Source: Alphaproteobacteria bacterium (lineage in GTDB: Bacteria > Pseudomonadota > Alphaproteobacteria > SP197). From it: DNA of 64,000 bases. The position numbers and the translations under genes were made by a program. How positions within the stretch are numbered: position 1 is the stretch's first letter; each line of letters starts with the position of its first letter. This document shows positions 38,346 through 48,736 of this stretch, one piece after another. The stretch spans positions 480,001 to 544,000 of the forward strand of contig OZ245842.1 in NCBI GenBank assembly GCA_965228895.1. Reading direction: 5' to 3'. Below the pieces are notes generated by a model. That model saw only the letters and a list, made by a program, of their open reading frames with translations, had not been told where the DNA came from and did not search any database.

Positions 38346-39358
38346 CTGTTTCGCGAGAAAAACTTGCGCATCTGGATGACCGGCTTGATCGCCTCGCCAA
38401 TCTCGATATCGGTAACCGTGGCGTCGAGTATCTCTATGACGCGTCGCGCGCGCTTCAAGGCGGCTCGCTTGCGGGGCGCGCTGCCGATCGTCTGCTCGCA
38501 GTGCCCCAGGGTGGCACGGTCATCATGACCACCGGCTCGGTTTCGCGTGCATGGATTACGCCGGAGATCGGTGAGAACGACGGTCCGTCCGGTGCCGCCG
38601 CCGTCGCACGCGCCCTTGTACTGGCTCGCGACGTCACCTGCATTGTGCTCGCCGAAGACGCGCTGCTCCAACCGATTGGTGCCGTCATGACGTCGGCAGG
38701 ACTGACTTGCGTCGACTTTGAAACGGCCCGTGCGGCCCGTGCCGATGGCAGCCTGGCGACCGTGGTTATGCAGAGCTATCCGACCGACGATGCAGCGGGG
38801 GCGAAGGCCGCTCATGACCTGCTCGATGACATGACGCCTGACCTGCTGTTCTCGACAGAGCGGGTCGGGCGCAACGAAAGAGGCATCTACCACAATATGG
38901 GCGGGTTGGATTACGGCATGGGCCGCGCGCGCGTCGACCTATTGTTCGATGAGGCGCTCGCACGCGGACTGCCGGTCGTCGCCGTTGGCGATGGGGGCAA
39001 CGAGATCGGCATGGCCAGCGTACGTGACGCGGTGGTCGCCCATGTGCCGTTCGGTGACCGCTGTAAGTGCGGATGCGGCGGCGGCATCGTTGCGGTAACG
39101 GGCGCCGACGTGCTTGTCACGGCAGCCTGCTCGAATTGGGGTTGTACGGCCATCACGGCCGCCATGGCGGCGCGCACCGGCGACGCGCGGTTGCTCCATA
39201 CGCCCGAGGCCGAAGGCCGGCTCCTGGACTGCATGGTCGCGAACGGCCTCATCAATTCGACACACGGAATCGTTGATGACAACGTTGACGGCATCGCGCG
39301 TGCGAGCCACGTCGCCGTGGCCGAGCTATGCCGTTCGATTGTTGCGCCGGTACTTTGA
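38342..39358 (+). CDS. DUF4392 / D-glutamate cyclase-like protein
   Basis: GNRG, ENDGP.GA, ER.GR...G.YHNM.G, GDGGNEIGM, SNWG. Confidence 0.8.
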   Translation: MTVSREKLAHLDDRLDRLANLDIGNRGVEYLYDASRALQGGSLAGRAADRLLAVPQGGTVIMTTGSVSRAWITPEIGENDGPSGAAAVARALVLARDVTCIVLAEDALLQPIGAVMTSAGLTCVDFETARAARADGSLATVVMQSYPTDDAAGAKAAHDLLDDMTPDLLFSTERVGRNERGIYHNMGGLDYGMGRARVDLLFDEALARGLPVVAVGDGGNEIGMASVRDAVVAHVPFGDRCKCGCGGGIVAVTGADVLVTAACSNWGCTAITAAMAARTGDARLLHTPEAEGRLLDCMVANGLINSTHGIVDDNVDGIARASHVAVAELCRSIVAPVL

Positions 39359-39479
39359 TCGGTTGCATTCGCTTGGATGAATTCCTCCTGCGATAACTCG
39401 CGACTTTTGGAATTGAGTCCGGCCAGAAGCGTCACCTATCGTCTTCGAACGGTAGGTGACCAATCATAGGATATGACCA

Positions 39480-40979
39480 GTGGCACAACGACGGCGACGC
39501 AACAGTCCGGAGACCGTGGAAGCAACACGGGCGGCGCTGCCTGTGGGCGGTCGCTTTCAGCCGCTGACATCGGGCAAGTCCGGAACGATTGTTCAAGCGG
39601 CGTTCGACATCGTCGAACGCATTGGATTTGCCGACTGCGCGCCGCATCTTGTCGAACTTGCCTGCGCGCAAGGTGCGCAACAGCGGCCTGACGGCCGACT
39701 GACGTTTCCTCGTGGCATGGTCGAAGATGCCCTTGGTCGTGCCGCCCGCAAGGTGGAACTGCCGGGCTTCGTTGTCGACAAAGGTCTCGAGATCGGCGGC
39801 GGCCGTGTTCACATCGGGACCGGCGGTGCGGCGGTCGAGATCCTGGATGCCCACGCCATGGCGTTTCGCGATGCCGGGCTCGACGACCTCTATCGCCTGA
39901 TGCGGATCGTCGGGGTCAGCGACAACATCCACTACGGCGTCCGGCCCGTTGTCGCGCGGGATATGCCGACCCCGTTGGAACTGGACATCAACACGGCCTT
40001 CGCCTGTCTCAAGGCGACCGCGAAACCGATCGGCGTCAGTTTCGATTCAGCGGCGCATATGGCGCCGGTGACACAGCTTTTCGATATGGCGCTTGGCGCA
40101 GACGACAGGTTTCGGGCCCAGCCCTTCTGTTTTGCCGTGATCGTCCACGTTGTCCCGCCTCTGCGCTTCGCGGCAGAGGGTCTGGCCGTTATGGAAGCCG
40201 CGATCCGCGCGGGCATGCCGCTGCAGATTTGCTCGGCTGCCCAGGCCGGTGCGACCAGCCCGGTAACCCTGGCGGGCGCCCTGGCCCAGGGGCTCGCCGA
40301 ATGTCTGGGCGGGCTGATGATGGTCGATCTGATCGAGCCCGGCTTCCCCTGTATCTTCGCTTTCATGCCGTTCATTTCCGATCTCAGGACCGGTGCCATG
40401 ACCGGCGGCAGCGGTGAAGCGGCGGTGGCCAACGCAGCGGCGGCGCAACTGATGCTTGAATTGGGCCTGCCGTCGACCGTGTCGGCCGGCATGACCGACG
40501 CCAAGCTCGCCGATGCCCAAGCTGGTTACGAGAAGGGATACACGGTGGCGCTCGCCGCCCAGGCCGGTGCCGACATGATCAACCTGTCGGTCGGCATGCT
40601 CGGTTCGATCATGGCGGCATCGCCGGAAGCGCTGGTCATCGACAACGACATGTGCGGAGCGATCCTGCGTTCGGTGCGCGGCATCGAGGTGTCGGATGGT
40701 GCGATTGATCTTGAATTGATGGAACGCGTGGTCTGCGGTCCCGGGCATTACCTCGGCGAGGCCCAGACGCTCGCGATGATGAAGTCGGAATACACCTATC
40801 CCGAACTCGGCGACCGTCAGAGCATCGCCGATTGGACCGAAGGCGGCGCGAAATCGATCTGGCAACGCGCAAGGGAGTGCGTCGCGGAGATCGACGGGGC
40901 TGAACCGCCAAGCCATCTGCCCGCCGACCGCGAGGCGCAGATCAGGGCGGCTTTCCCCATTCACCTGCCGACGATGTAG
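39480..40979 (+). CDS. Trimethylamine methyltransferase (MttB) superfamily protein, no pyrrolysine
   Basis: GTGGAA, AGATSPVTLAG, SDLRTGAM.GGSGE, DAQAGYEK, GPGHYL; no in-frame TAG. Confidence 0.88.
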   Translation: MAQRRRRNSPETVEATRAALPVGGRFQPLTSGKSGTIVQAAFDIVERIGFADCAPHLVELACAQGAQQRPDGRLTFPRGMVEDALGRAARKVELPGFVVDKGLEIGGGRVHIGTGGAAVEILDAHAMAFRDAGLDDLYRLMRIVGVSDNIHYGVRPVVARDMPTPLELDINTAFACLKATAKPIGVSFDSAAHMAPVTQLFDMALGADDRFRAQPFCFAVIVHVVPPLRFAAEGLAVMEAAIRAGMPLQICSAAQAGATSPVTLAGALAQGLAECLGGLMMVDLIEPGFPCIFAFMPFISDLRTGAMTGGSGEAAVANAAAAQLMLELGLPSTVSAGMTDAKLADAQAGYEKGYTVALAAQAGADMINLSVGMLGSIMAASPEALVIDNDMCGAILRSVRGIEVSDGAIDLELMERVVCGPGHYLGEAQTLAMMKSEYTYPELGDRQSIADWTEGGAKSIWQRARECVAEIDGAEPPSHLPADREAQIRAAFPIHLPTM

Positions 40980-40982
40980 ACC

Positions 40983-43403
40983 ATGAAATCCCACGCCCAA
41001 GTGGTCGTCATTGGCGGCGGCGCGGTCGGTACCGCGATCCTCTACCACCTGGCTGTAGGCGGCATCACCGACACGCTTTTGCTTGAGAAGGACGAACTGA
41101 CGGCGGGTTCAACGTGGCATGCGGCCGGCAACATCCCGACCTACGCGAACTCCTGGCTTGGCATGCGTGCCGGCAATTACGCCTGGCGGCTCTACAAGGA
41201 TCTGAGCGAGGCGGTCGACAGTCCGATCACCTACCGCCACACGGGCGCCTTCTGGCCGGCTCACACGTCGGAACGCATGGCGCTGTTTCATCACCTGACC
41301 GGCGTTTCGCGCAGTGCCGGATTTGATCTTCAGATCTTGTCGCCGACTGAGATGGAGGCCTTGCACCCCTATTGGCAGGCCGATGACACGGTCTTGGGCG
41401 GTATCTTCGATCCTTATGAGGGCGATATCGATCCCAGCCAACTGACCCAGGCGCTGGCCAAGGGCGCCCGCGATCTGGGCGCCGAGATCGCACGTTTCAC
41501 GCCGGTGACCGGTCTCGCCCAGCGGTCATCCGGCGAGTGGGATGTCAAGACGGAGAAGGGGGACGTGACCGCCGGCATCGTGATCAACGCGGCGGGTTTC
41601 TATGGCGCGAAGATAGCCGCGATGACAGGCCAGCATCTGCCCGTCACGACGCTGGAGCACCAATACCTCGTGACCGATCCCGTGGAGTCTCTGAAGCAGG
41701 ACCCATCGCTTTTTCCGCTCGTCCGTGATCCCGACATTCGTTTCTATCTGCGCCGCGAGGGCAACGGTTTCCTGTTCGGCTCATACGGTCACGCCGGCCG
41801 CCCGGCCTGGCCGGACGGACCGCCCGATGACTTCGCCCATCAACTCTTCCCCGACAGCGTCGACGACATCTTGGACGTTCTCGAAGAAACACTCGTCCAC
41901 GTGCCTATCCTGGGCGAGGCGGGCGCGCAGCGGTTCGTCAATGGCCCCATTGCCTACGCGCCTGATGCCCTGCCGCTGGTCGGGCCGGCGGGCGGTCTCG
42001 AGAACTTCTACCACGCGACGGGCGTTCAGATCGGCATCACCCAATCGGCGGCGATCGGCAAGGCGATGGCCGAGTGGATCACAGAAGGCGAGACGGAATG
42101 GGATCTCGCCGCCTGGGATCCCCGACGATTTGATTCCTGGGCAAGTCATCACTATGCGTCCCGCCGCGCCTGTGAACTCTATGAGCTGCAGTACGCGATT
42201 CCCTACCCCCACCGGATCCTGAAATCCGCGCGCCCGGTCCAGGTGACGCCGCTCTATGACACGTTGGTGGAGCGCGGCGCGGTGATGGGCCAGATCGCCG
42301 GATGGGAGCGCGCTTTCTGGTTTAAGCGCGATGGCGCGACCGATTCCGGCGCACTGAGCTTCGGCGACGAACCCTGGCACGCCGCCGTTCGCGCGGAATG
42401 CCAGACCGTGCGCGATGCGGTCGGTGTCATGGATCACGGCGGTTTCACCAAGTACACGGTCGGGGGTCCTGGCGCCGAAGCCTACCTGTCGCGTGTCTTC
42501 TGCGGTGGCATCCCGAAGCCCGGCCGTGTCCGGTTGAGCTACATGCTGACACCCAAGGGCCGCATCTTGTCGGAGGCGACGATTGCGCGGCTTGCAGACG
42601 ACCGATTTCTGCTCTGCGGACCGACGCTTGCCGACCAGCGGGACTTTGACTGGCTGACGCAACACCTGCCGGACGATGCTAGCGTGAAATTGGAACGCGG
42701 TGCACGGCACGACGCGGCGTTGATGGTCATGGGCCCGAAATCGCGTGACCTGCTGGCACCTCTGACCAATGCGGATCTCGGTGCCGATGCGGCGCCATGG
42801 ATGAGCGTTGCCGAAATCGATCTCGCCGGTGTTCCGGTAACGGCGATGCGTGTCTCCTATGTCGGTGAGCTCGGTTGGGAATTGCACCTGGCCGCGTCCG
42901 ATCTAACGGAACTTTACGGGGCCGTGTGCGAAGCCGGCGATCATCATGGCCTCTGCGACTTCGGCTCTTACGCGCTCAACGCCATGCGGATCGAAAAGGG
43001 CTATCACGGCTGGGGCACAGATTTTGGCGTCGAGTACACGTTATTCGATGCGGGGCTTGGGCGTTTTGCCAATCTCGAGAAGATCAGCTTCGTCGGACGC
43101 GATGCTGTCGTCGCGCAGGTCCAATCAGTGCCGGACTGGTCCTTTATTGGGCTGGAGATCCTTGATCCCGGCCCCGACGCGCTCGCCAGCGATCCCATCG
43201 TCAGAGATGGCACATGGATCGGCTACATCACCTCCTGCAGCATGGGTTTCCGCACGGAAAAACATCTGGCGCTCGGCTATGTGCGATCGGGAAGTGTGGC
43301 CATAGGCGATCGTTGTGTGGTCTCGATCTTCGGAGAAGAGCGCACGGCCGTGTGCCATTCTCCTCACGTCTACGATCCCGACAACCAACGGCTCCGCGCC
43401 TAG
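40983..43403 (+). CDS. GcvT-domain FAD oxidoreductase (dimethylglycine/sarcosine dehydrogenase family)
   Basis: VIGGGAVG, GSTWHAAG, GWER..WF, SYVGELGWEL, RIEKGY, YDP. Confidence 0.92.
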   Translation: MKSHAQVVVIGGGAVGTAILYHLAVGGITDTLLLEKDELTAGSTWHAAGNIPTYANSWLGMRAGNYAWRLYKDLSEAVDSPITYRHTGAFWPAHTSERMALFHHLTGVSRSAGFDLQILSPTEMEALHPYWQADDTVLGGIFDPYEGDIDPSQLTQALAKGARDLGAEIARFTPVTGLAQRSSGEWDVKTEKGDVTAGIVINAAGFYGAKIAAMTGQHLPVTTLEHQYLVTDPVESLKQDPSLFPLVRDPDIRFYLRREGNGFLFGSYGHAGRPAWPDGPPDDFAHQLFPDSVDDILDVLEETLVHVPILGEAGAQRFVNGPIAYAPDALPLVGPAGGLENFYHATGVQIGITQSAAIGKAMAEWITEGETEWDLAAWDPRRFDSWASHHYASRRACELYELQYAIPYPHRILKSARPVQVTPLYDTLVERGAVMGQIAGWERAFWFKRDGATDSGALSFGDEPWHAAVRAECQTVRDAVGVMDHGGFTKYTVGGPGAEAYLSRVFCGGIPKPGRVRLSYMLTPKGRILSEATIARLADDRFLLCGPTLADQRDFDWLTQHLPDDASVKLERGARHDAALMVMGPKSRDLLAPLTNADLGADAAPWMSVAEIDLAGVPVTAMRVSYVGELGWELHLAASDLTELYGAVCEAGDHHGLCDFGSYALNAMRIEKGYHGWGTDFGVEYTLFDAGLGRFANLEKISFVGRDAVVAQVQSVPDWSFIGLEILDPGPDALASDPIVRDGTWIGYITSCSMGFRTEKHLALGYVRSGSVAIGDRCVVSIFGEERTAVCHSPHVYDPDNQRLRA

Positions 43404-43480
43404 AGCGGATCATGGTTAGATGGAACCGCTTAACGGTTCCATCTAACCATGTGAATCCGCTCTTTATCGATCTGCTCTAG
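43400..43480. repeat. Palindromic intergenic element (RIME/MITE-like), copy 1, bounded by CTAG
   Basis: 18-bp perfect stem 43411-43451; ends CTAGAGCGGATC / GATCTGCTCTAG; 61/66 identical to the reverse complement of 62517-62582. Confidence 0.85.
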
Positions 43481-43492
43481 CCGGTCAAACCG

Positions 43493-44410
43493 TCAGAACC
43501 CGCCTTTAGGTGATGTGCACCACTCCACGAGATGCTGCGCCGTCGTTACGACTGGCCCGACGTCGGGCTCGTCGCCGCGCGAGACCGCCTGCCATGGGAT
43601 CATGATGCCGTCGGCGCCCACCTGCATGGCGGCAATGCGCCCGCTGTCGATATGGGGACGCATCGCCCAGCCTGCGAGAACGCTGGTGCCTTGGCCGGCG
43701 GCGACCAGTTCGACAATCGCCTCGGGCAGTTCGACGGTAGCGCCCCATCGCGGGTAGTAACCCTCGGCGCGGAACAGGCGCGCGAACTCGCGGTCGGGTT
43801 CCGGTACTTTGGTGTAGGTGATAAAGGTCTCGCCTTCGATATCCTCGCCCCCGATATAGGCCTTGCCGGCCAGCCGGTGGTCCGGCGGCGTGATGAAGAG
43901 CAGGGGATCGTCGAACAAGGGCCAGTGCCGTGCCTCGCGTAACGATGCCTCACCGGACATCACGACAAGATCAACCTGGCGGTTGGAGAGTGCCTGCAGC
44001 GGATCGCGTCCGGCTGCGGCCATGACCTGAATGTCGATACCACTCGTCTTGCCGTGAAAGTAGGTCAGAAATCCCGGCAGCCAGTGATAGGAGCTGTAAG
44101 CCTCGACGGCGACGCGGACAATGTGGTCCATGCCGTTGTTCATGCGCCGGACGTCGGCTTCGACACGTTCCATCTCGACCAGCCAGCGGTCGCTGGCATC
44201 GGCCAAGTACTCGGCCGCCGCGGTCATGCGGAGCCGCTTGTGCAGGCGCTCGAAAAGGCGCACGCCAAGCCGGCGCTCCGCCTCCTTGATGCGGTGCGAC
44301 AAGGCCGATGGTGTCAGGCCCAATTCGTCGGCCGCGTCGGTCACGCGCCCGGTGCGTCCGATCGCCCGGATCATCTGCAAATGGCGCAAGTCGAGGAGAG
44401 GTTCGGGCAT
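43493..44410 (-). CDS. LysR-family regulator (MetR-like)
   Basis: LDLRHL...VTDAADELGLTPSALSHRIKEAE. Confidence 0.92.
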   Translation of the reverse strand: MPEPLLDLRHLQMIRAIGRTGRVTDAADELGLTPSALSHRIKEAERRLGVRLFERLHKRLRMTAAAEYLADASDRWLVEMERVEADVRRMNNGMDHIVRVAVEAYSSYHWLPGFLTYFHGKTSGIDIQVMAAAGRDPLQALSNRQVDLVVMSGEASLREARHWPLFDDPLLFITPPDHRLAGKAYIGGEDIEGETFITYTKVPEPDREFARLFRAEGYYPRWGATVELPEAIVELVAAGQGTSVLAGWAMRPHIDSGRIAAMQVGADGIMIPWQAVSRGDEPDVGPVVTTAQHLVEWCTSPKGGF

Positions 44411-44515
44411 CAGTCTGGCTGAATTTCATTCACCTAAACACCCTAATGTTGTTATTGCGGGTCAGTCAAACATCAAAAAGACTACGGTCCTGAGTGTTAT
44501 TGGGAGTTAAGATCC

Positions 44516-45859
44516 ATGGCCACGTCACCATCTGTTGCCGTCAATCCCGCAAGCCAGGACACCGCCATGGCGCCGACGCAGAAGACCGACGCCGAACGCG
44601 ATCTGATCGAGCGCGCCGCGCGGGTTCTGCCCGCTGGCGGGTTCGGTAACTTCGATCCCTCTGTTGTCATTCGAGAGGGCCGTGGCGGGCGCGTCTGGGA
44701 TGAGAGTGGCAACGAGTATGTCGATTTCCTGCTCGGCTCCGGTCCCATGTTGGTCGGCCACGGCAATCCCGAGGTCATCGAGGCGGTCGAGGAACAGCTG
44801 CGCCGCGGCGTCACCTTCTTTGCTTCCAACGCCGCCGGGATCGAACTGGCCGAGGCGATCTGCGAGGCCGTGCCGTGTGCCGAACAGCTGCGCTATGTCA
44901 GCACCGGGTCGGAAGCCGACATGTACGCCATCCGGCTCGCCCGCGCCCATACCGGCCGCAGCAAGATCCTGAAGTTCGAAGGCGGTTATCACGGCATGTC
45001 CGGCGAGGCATTGATGAGTCTCGCACCGCAACGGCTGGAGAACTTCCCGCAGGCTGTGCCCGACTCCGCCGGCATTCCTGAAGCCGTGCGCGATAGCGTG
45101 ATCGTCGCGCCGTTCAACGACGCGGACTTTGCCCGGCAGCTGATCGAAGAATATGCCGACGAGATCGCCGGCGTCATCGTCGAGCCGCTGCAGCGTCTGA
45201 TCCCTCCGGCGCCGGGTTTCCTTGAGACGTTGCGCGAGGAGACGACGAAACACGGCATCGTTCTCATCTTTGACGAGGTGGTGACCGGCTTTCGCCTCGC
45301 CTATGGCGGCGGCCAAGAACGCTATGGCATCACGCCGGACATCTGCACGCTCGGCAAGGTGATCGGCGGCGGTTTTCCGCTTGCCACGATCGCGGGCCGG
45401 GCCGAATTCATGGCGCATTTCGATAAGGCGAAGGTCGGGTCCGAGGGCTTTACGTTTCAGGTCGGCACGCTCAGCGGCAATCCTGTCGCCGCCGTGGCGG
45501 GCCTCAAGACGCTTGAGATCCTGCGCCGTTCCGGAAGTTACGAGCGGATGCGCGAGACCGGCCGGACGATCATGGCGGCGCTCCATGATCGCCTGACCCG
45601 TGTCGGCATAGCACACCAAATTGTCGGCGACGCCGTTCTCTTTGACGTCGTCTTCACGGACCGGCCGGTCAGGGACTATCGCGATGTGCTTAGCGCTGAC
45701 GCCGGATCGCTGAAGACCTTCAACGCGGTTCTGCGCGAGCGCAGGATTCTTAAATCCGAGGGAAAATTTTACATCTCGCTCGCCCATGATGCCGATGATG
45801 TCGCGCACACGGTGCAGGCGATTACCGCGGCCGCCGATCGGCTTGGTGAGGCGACATGA
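44516..45859 (+). CDS. Class III PLP aminotransferase (glutamate-1-semialdehyde aminomutase-like)
   Basis: GNEYVDF, GSEA, FEGGYHG, FDEVVTGFR, GKVIGGGFP, GTLSGNP. Confidence 0.9.
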   Translation: MATSPSVAVNPASQDTAMAPTQKTDAERDLIERAARVLPAGGFGNFDPSVVIREGRGGRVWDESGNEYVDFLLGSGPMLVGHGNPEVIEAVEEQLRRGVTFFASNAAGIELAEAICEAVPCAEQLRYVSTGSEADMYAIRLARAHTGRSKILKFEGGYHGMSGEALMSLAPQRLENFPQAVPDSAGIPEAVRDSVIVAPFNDADFARQLIEEYADEIAGVIVEPLQRLIPPAPGFLETLREETTKHGIVLIFDEVVTGFRLAYGGGQERYGITPDICTLGKVIGGGFPLATIAGRAEFMAHFDKAKVGSEGFTFQVGTLSGNPVAAVAGLKTLEILRRSGSYERMRETGRTIMAALHDRLTRVGIAHQIVGDAVLFDVVFTDRPVRDYRDVLSADAGSLKTFNAVLRERRILKSEGKFYISLAHDADDVAHTVQAITAAADRLGEAT

Positions 45860-46773
45860 CGACGTTCGAACCCTATCGTGGCGTCATCGCGCCCAACCTG
45901 ACACCCTTCAACGACGATCTCAGCATCGCGTCGGATCTCTACGTCGCCCACGGCAAGGCGCTGTTGGACGGGCCCTGCGTCGCGCTGGCGCCGTTCGGCA
46001 CGACCGGCGAGGCGCTCTCGGTCGCGTCCGACGAACGCATTGCCGCGATCAAGGCGCTGATCGATGCCGGCGTCGACCCGCAGCGTCTGGTGCCGGGAAC
46101 CGGACTAACCAACCTGCCGGAGACCGTACAGCTGTCGCAGGCATGTCTGGACATGGGCTGCGCCGCCGTCATGACGCTGCCGCCGTTCTACTTCAAGGGT
46201 GTCTCCGACGACGGCCTCTATGCCTACTTCGCGGAGCTGATTGCACGTATCGATCGCGCGGCGTGCCGCATCTTCCTCTACCACATCCCTCAGGTTGCCG
46301 GCGTCGGTATCCCGACTGCGGTCGCCGCCCGGTTACGCCGCGACTTCCCGGGCGAGATCGTTGGCATCAAAGACAGCTCCGGTGACTGGGACAACACAAG
46401 GGCGCTACTCAATATCGACGGGTTGATTGTCTATCCCGGCTCGGAACTGCCGCTCTTCGAGGCAATGGCGCTGGGCGCGCCGGGCTGCATCTCGGCCACG
46501 GCAAACCTGAATGGGGCGGCCATCGCCGAGGTGATCGCACTCATTGAGCACGGAGATATGGACACCGCCAAGTCCAAGTTTGGGCACGTCCGCGACGTCC
46601 GCATGATGTTTCAACACTACGCGCCCATCCCAGCACAAAAGCGACTTCTGGCGATGGCAACAGGCGAAAAGCGCTGGGCCAACGTGCGCCCACCACTCCA
46701 GGCCATGGATGAAGAAGCCGGTCAAACGCTGGCACGTGACCTGAGGCCGGGGTTGGTTGTTCAACACGCTTGA
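45856..46773 (+). CDS. DapA/NanA-family class I aldolase/lyase
   Basis: TPF, GTTGE, LPPFYFK, LYHIP, GIKDSSGD. Confidence 0.9.
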   Translation: MTTFEPYRGVIAPNLTPFNDDLSIASDLYVAHGKALLDGPCVALAPFGTTGEALSVASDERIAAIKALIDAGVDPQRLVPGTGLTNLPETVQLSQACLDMGCAAVMTLPPFYFKGVSDDGLYAYFAELIARIDRAACRIFLYHIPQVAGVGIPTAVAARLRRDFPGEIVGIKDSSGDWDNTRALLNIDGLIVYPGSELPLFEAMALGAPGCISATANLNGAAIAEVIALIEHGDMDTAKSKFGHVRDVRMMFQHYAPIPAQKRLLAMATGEKRWANVRPPLQAMDEEAGQTLARDLRPGLVVQHA

Positions 46774-46818
46774 GACGTGTTGAGAACACTGCAAACAGCT
46801 TTGCCGCCTAAGGCGCAC

Positions 46819-47029
46819 TTCCCTGATACGGCACAAAAACTCCCTGATCGGTGACGAGGTTTCCCTGTTCGGTTGTTTAGGGAACTCTACTTTAGTCTAT
46901 TGAAATGACTGCCGGACCTTGGCCGTAAAACACAGATTTCGCCGAAAGCTGCAAAAGTTCCCTGTGTTTTCCCTGTAAACGGGGAAGTCCCCGCAGAGAC
47001 GGGTTCTATCGAGACTGCCCGCACCGCCA
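46819..47029 (+). repeat. Dispersed TTCCCTG-box element, copy 2
   Basis: Boxes at 46819, 46840, 46861, 46958 and 46969; ends CTGCCCGCACCGCCA. Confidence 0.85.
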
Positions 47030-47280
47030 TTCTCCAGCACCACCATTCTTCATCATGCAGATTATGTGAACACTACTCCAACTGCGTTGGCCCGGGTGCC
47101 GACGCTTCATACGGCCCTTGCTTCTGACAGGAGTCTCGTGAGTTTGGAAGGGGCGACAGAGCCCTGACAAAGTTCGGTGCGGTAAGCAGCGGGGCCGGCT
47201 GGAAGAATGGCGCCTCGATGGCGGTCTCCGGCAACTTCGAAATCCCAGACTTAAGCCTGCGATCTATTCGCACACGATGT

Positions 47281-47333
47281 TGATTGACACATCAGTCAAC
47301 TGCTGCCTATGGTTTTGACTGATGTGTCAATCA
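47281..47333. promoter_or_regulatory. Tandem operator: two TTGAC-N6-GTCAA sites forming a perfect 19-bp inverted repeat over a TTGACA -35
   Basis: TGATTGACACATCAGTCAA-N15-TTGACTGATGTGTCAATCA upstream of hypB. Confidence 0.75.
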
Positions 47334-47448
47334 GGTACGGATAACAGCGTATCGGCGGGCACGCTAAAGGGGCCATTAGCGAGTAAAGAAGCCGGAACAA
47401 CGGGCTCAAAAACGTCCCTGATGCGCACGAAGTAGGGAGGGCGAACCG

Positions 47449-48321
47449 ATGTGTGCGATTTGCGGATGCGGCGGCGACAACCCGGGGGGCCGAACCGGCG
47501 CGCATGATAGCCGCCGTGCCGCCCATCACCACGACCACCACCACAACCACCACCACAACCACGATCACATCCATGCCGCCGGCGCGGCGCTCGACGAGAC
47601 GAACCTTGTCGAAATCGAGAGAGACCTTCTTTCCAAGAACGATCGCTTCGCCGCGGCGAACCGGGATCGCCTTGCCCATGATCGGGTGCTAGCCCTCAAT
47701 CTCGTGTCGAGCCCGGGCGCGGGAAAGACTTCGCTGCTGGTCGAAACGGTCGGGTCGCTCCGCGGCAAGATGCCGGTCGGCGTCATCGAAGGTGACCAGG
47801 AAACCAGCAACGACGCCGAGCGCATTCTCGCCACCGGTGTCGATGCTGTTCAGATCAACACCGGACGTGGCTGCCACCTGGACGCCCACATGGTCGGCCA
47901 TGCCCTGGATGATCTGCCGTCGCTGGCCGGCGGCGTCGTGTTTATTGAAAATGTCGGCAACCTCGTATGCCCGGCCGCCTTCGATCTGGGCGAGGCCGCG
48001 AAGGTCGTGATCCTCTCCGTGACCGAAGGCGACGACAAACCGCTCAAGTATCCCGACATGTTCGCCGCCGCGCAGATGATGATCCTGAGCAAGATCGACC
48101 TTCTGCCCCATGTCGATTTCGATCCCGATCGCGCGCTGGAACGGGCGCGGCGAATCAACCCGAATCTCGATTGTCTGCGGCTTTCGGTACGCAGCGGAGA
48201 TGGCATGACGGCATGGTTCGATTGGATCGAGCAACGCGCTGCTGCTGTCGGCGGTTCGCCGCGGACCACCGGCCGCGACGCATGCCCCGTGACGAAGGGG
48301 GAGGCCCATCGCCATGCATGA
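47449..48321 (+). CDS. hypB: Nickel-insertion GTPase HypB
   Basis: MCAICGC, His-rich tract, [34 protein letters not shown]. Confidence 0.95.
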   Translation: MCAICGCGGDNPGGRTGAHDSRRAAHHHDHHHNHHHNHDHIHAAGAALDETNLVEIERDLLSKNDRFAAANRDRLAHDRVLALNLVSSPGAGKTSLLVETVGSLRGKMPVGVIEGDQETSNDAERILATGVDAVQINTGRGCHLDAHMVGHALDDLPSLAGGVVFIENVGNLVCPAAFDLGEAAKVVILSVTEGDDKPLKYPDMFAAAQMMILSKIDLLPHVDFDPDRALERARRINPNLDCLRLSVRSGDGMTAWFDWIEQRAAAVGGSPRTTGRDACPVTKGEAHRHA

Positions 48322-48736
48322 ATTGGCGTTGGCGCGCAGCCTGGTTGAGATGGTCGATGACTACGCCGCGCAGAATGGCGACCAGGTGGTGCGGCGTATC
48401 CATGTCCGGCTGGGTCAAATGTCGGCCATGACGCGCGCCCTCTATTTCTGTTTTGACTCCGTGTCGCGCGGCACGCGTAGCGAAGGCGCCGTGCTCGATA
48501 TCGAAGAGATACCGCTGACCGTCAGGTGCCGCCACTGCGACGAAATCAAGACGCCGAGCGGGCGCTACAACTTCCGTTGTCCCGACTGCGGTATGCCGAC
48601 GCCTGAAATGATCACCGGCCGGGAGATGCAGTTGACCGCGATCGAACTAGGCCCACCGATCACGGCGGTGCCCGCCACCGACTCCGATATGTCTCACACC
48701 CCTCACGGAGAGCCGCATGCCGTCCCAATCTCCTGA
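48314..48736 (+). CDS. hypA: Nickel metallochaperone HypA
   Basis: MHELALA, CRHC...CPDC, GREM. Confidence 0.93.
   Translation: MHELALARSLVEMVDDYAAQNGDQVVRRIHVRLGQMSAMTRALYFCFDSVSRGTRSEGAVLDIEEIPLTVRCRHCDEIKTPSGRYNFRCPDCGMPTPEMITGREMQLTAIELGPPITAVPATDSDMSHTPHGEPHAVPIS

Noticed and set aside
39480-40979. Pyrrolysine-containing MttB
   Set aside because: The ORF is uninterrupted with no in-frame amber codon, and no pyl genes are present.
44516-46773. Housekeeping hemL and dapA
   Set aside because: The catabolic context under a dedicated LysR and the divergent sequences suggest paralogues; gene symbols were withheld.
47334-47448. Guanidine riboswitch in the hypB leader
   Set aside because: Small hairpins exist, but I could not find twin ACGR loops or other class I-III signatures; an Rfam scan would settle it.
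47524-47573. CAC/CCA-rich tandem repeat
   Set aside because: It encodes the His-rich Ni-binding tract of HypB, not a CRISPR or DNA-level repeat.
47449-48736. Hydrogenase maturation cluster
   Set aside because: No hydrogenase subunits or hypCDEF; hypA overlaps the ureohydrolase gene instead.
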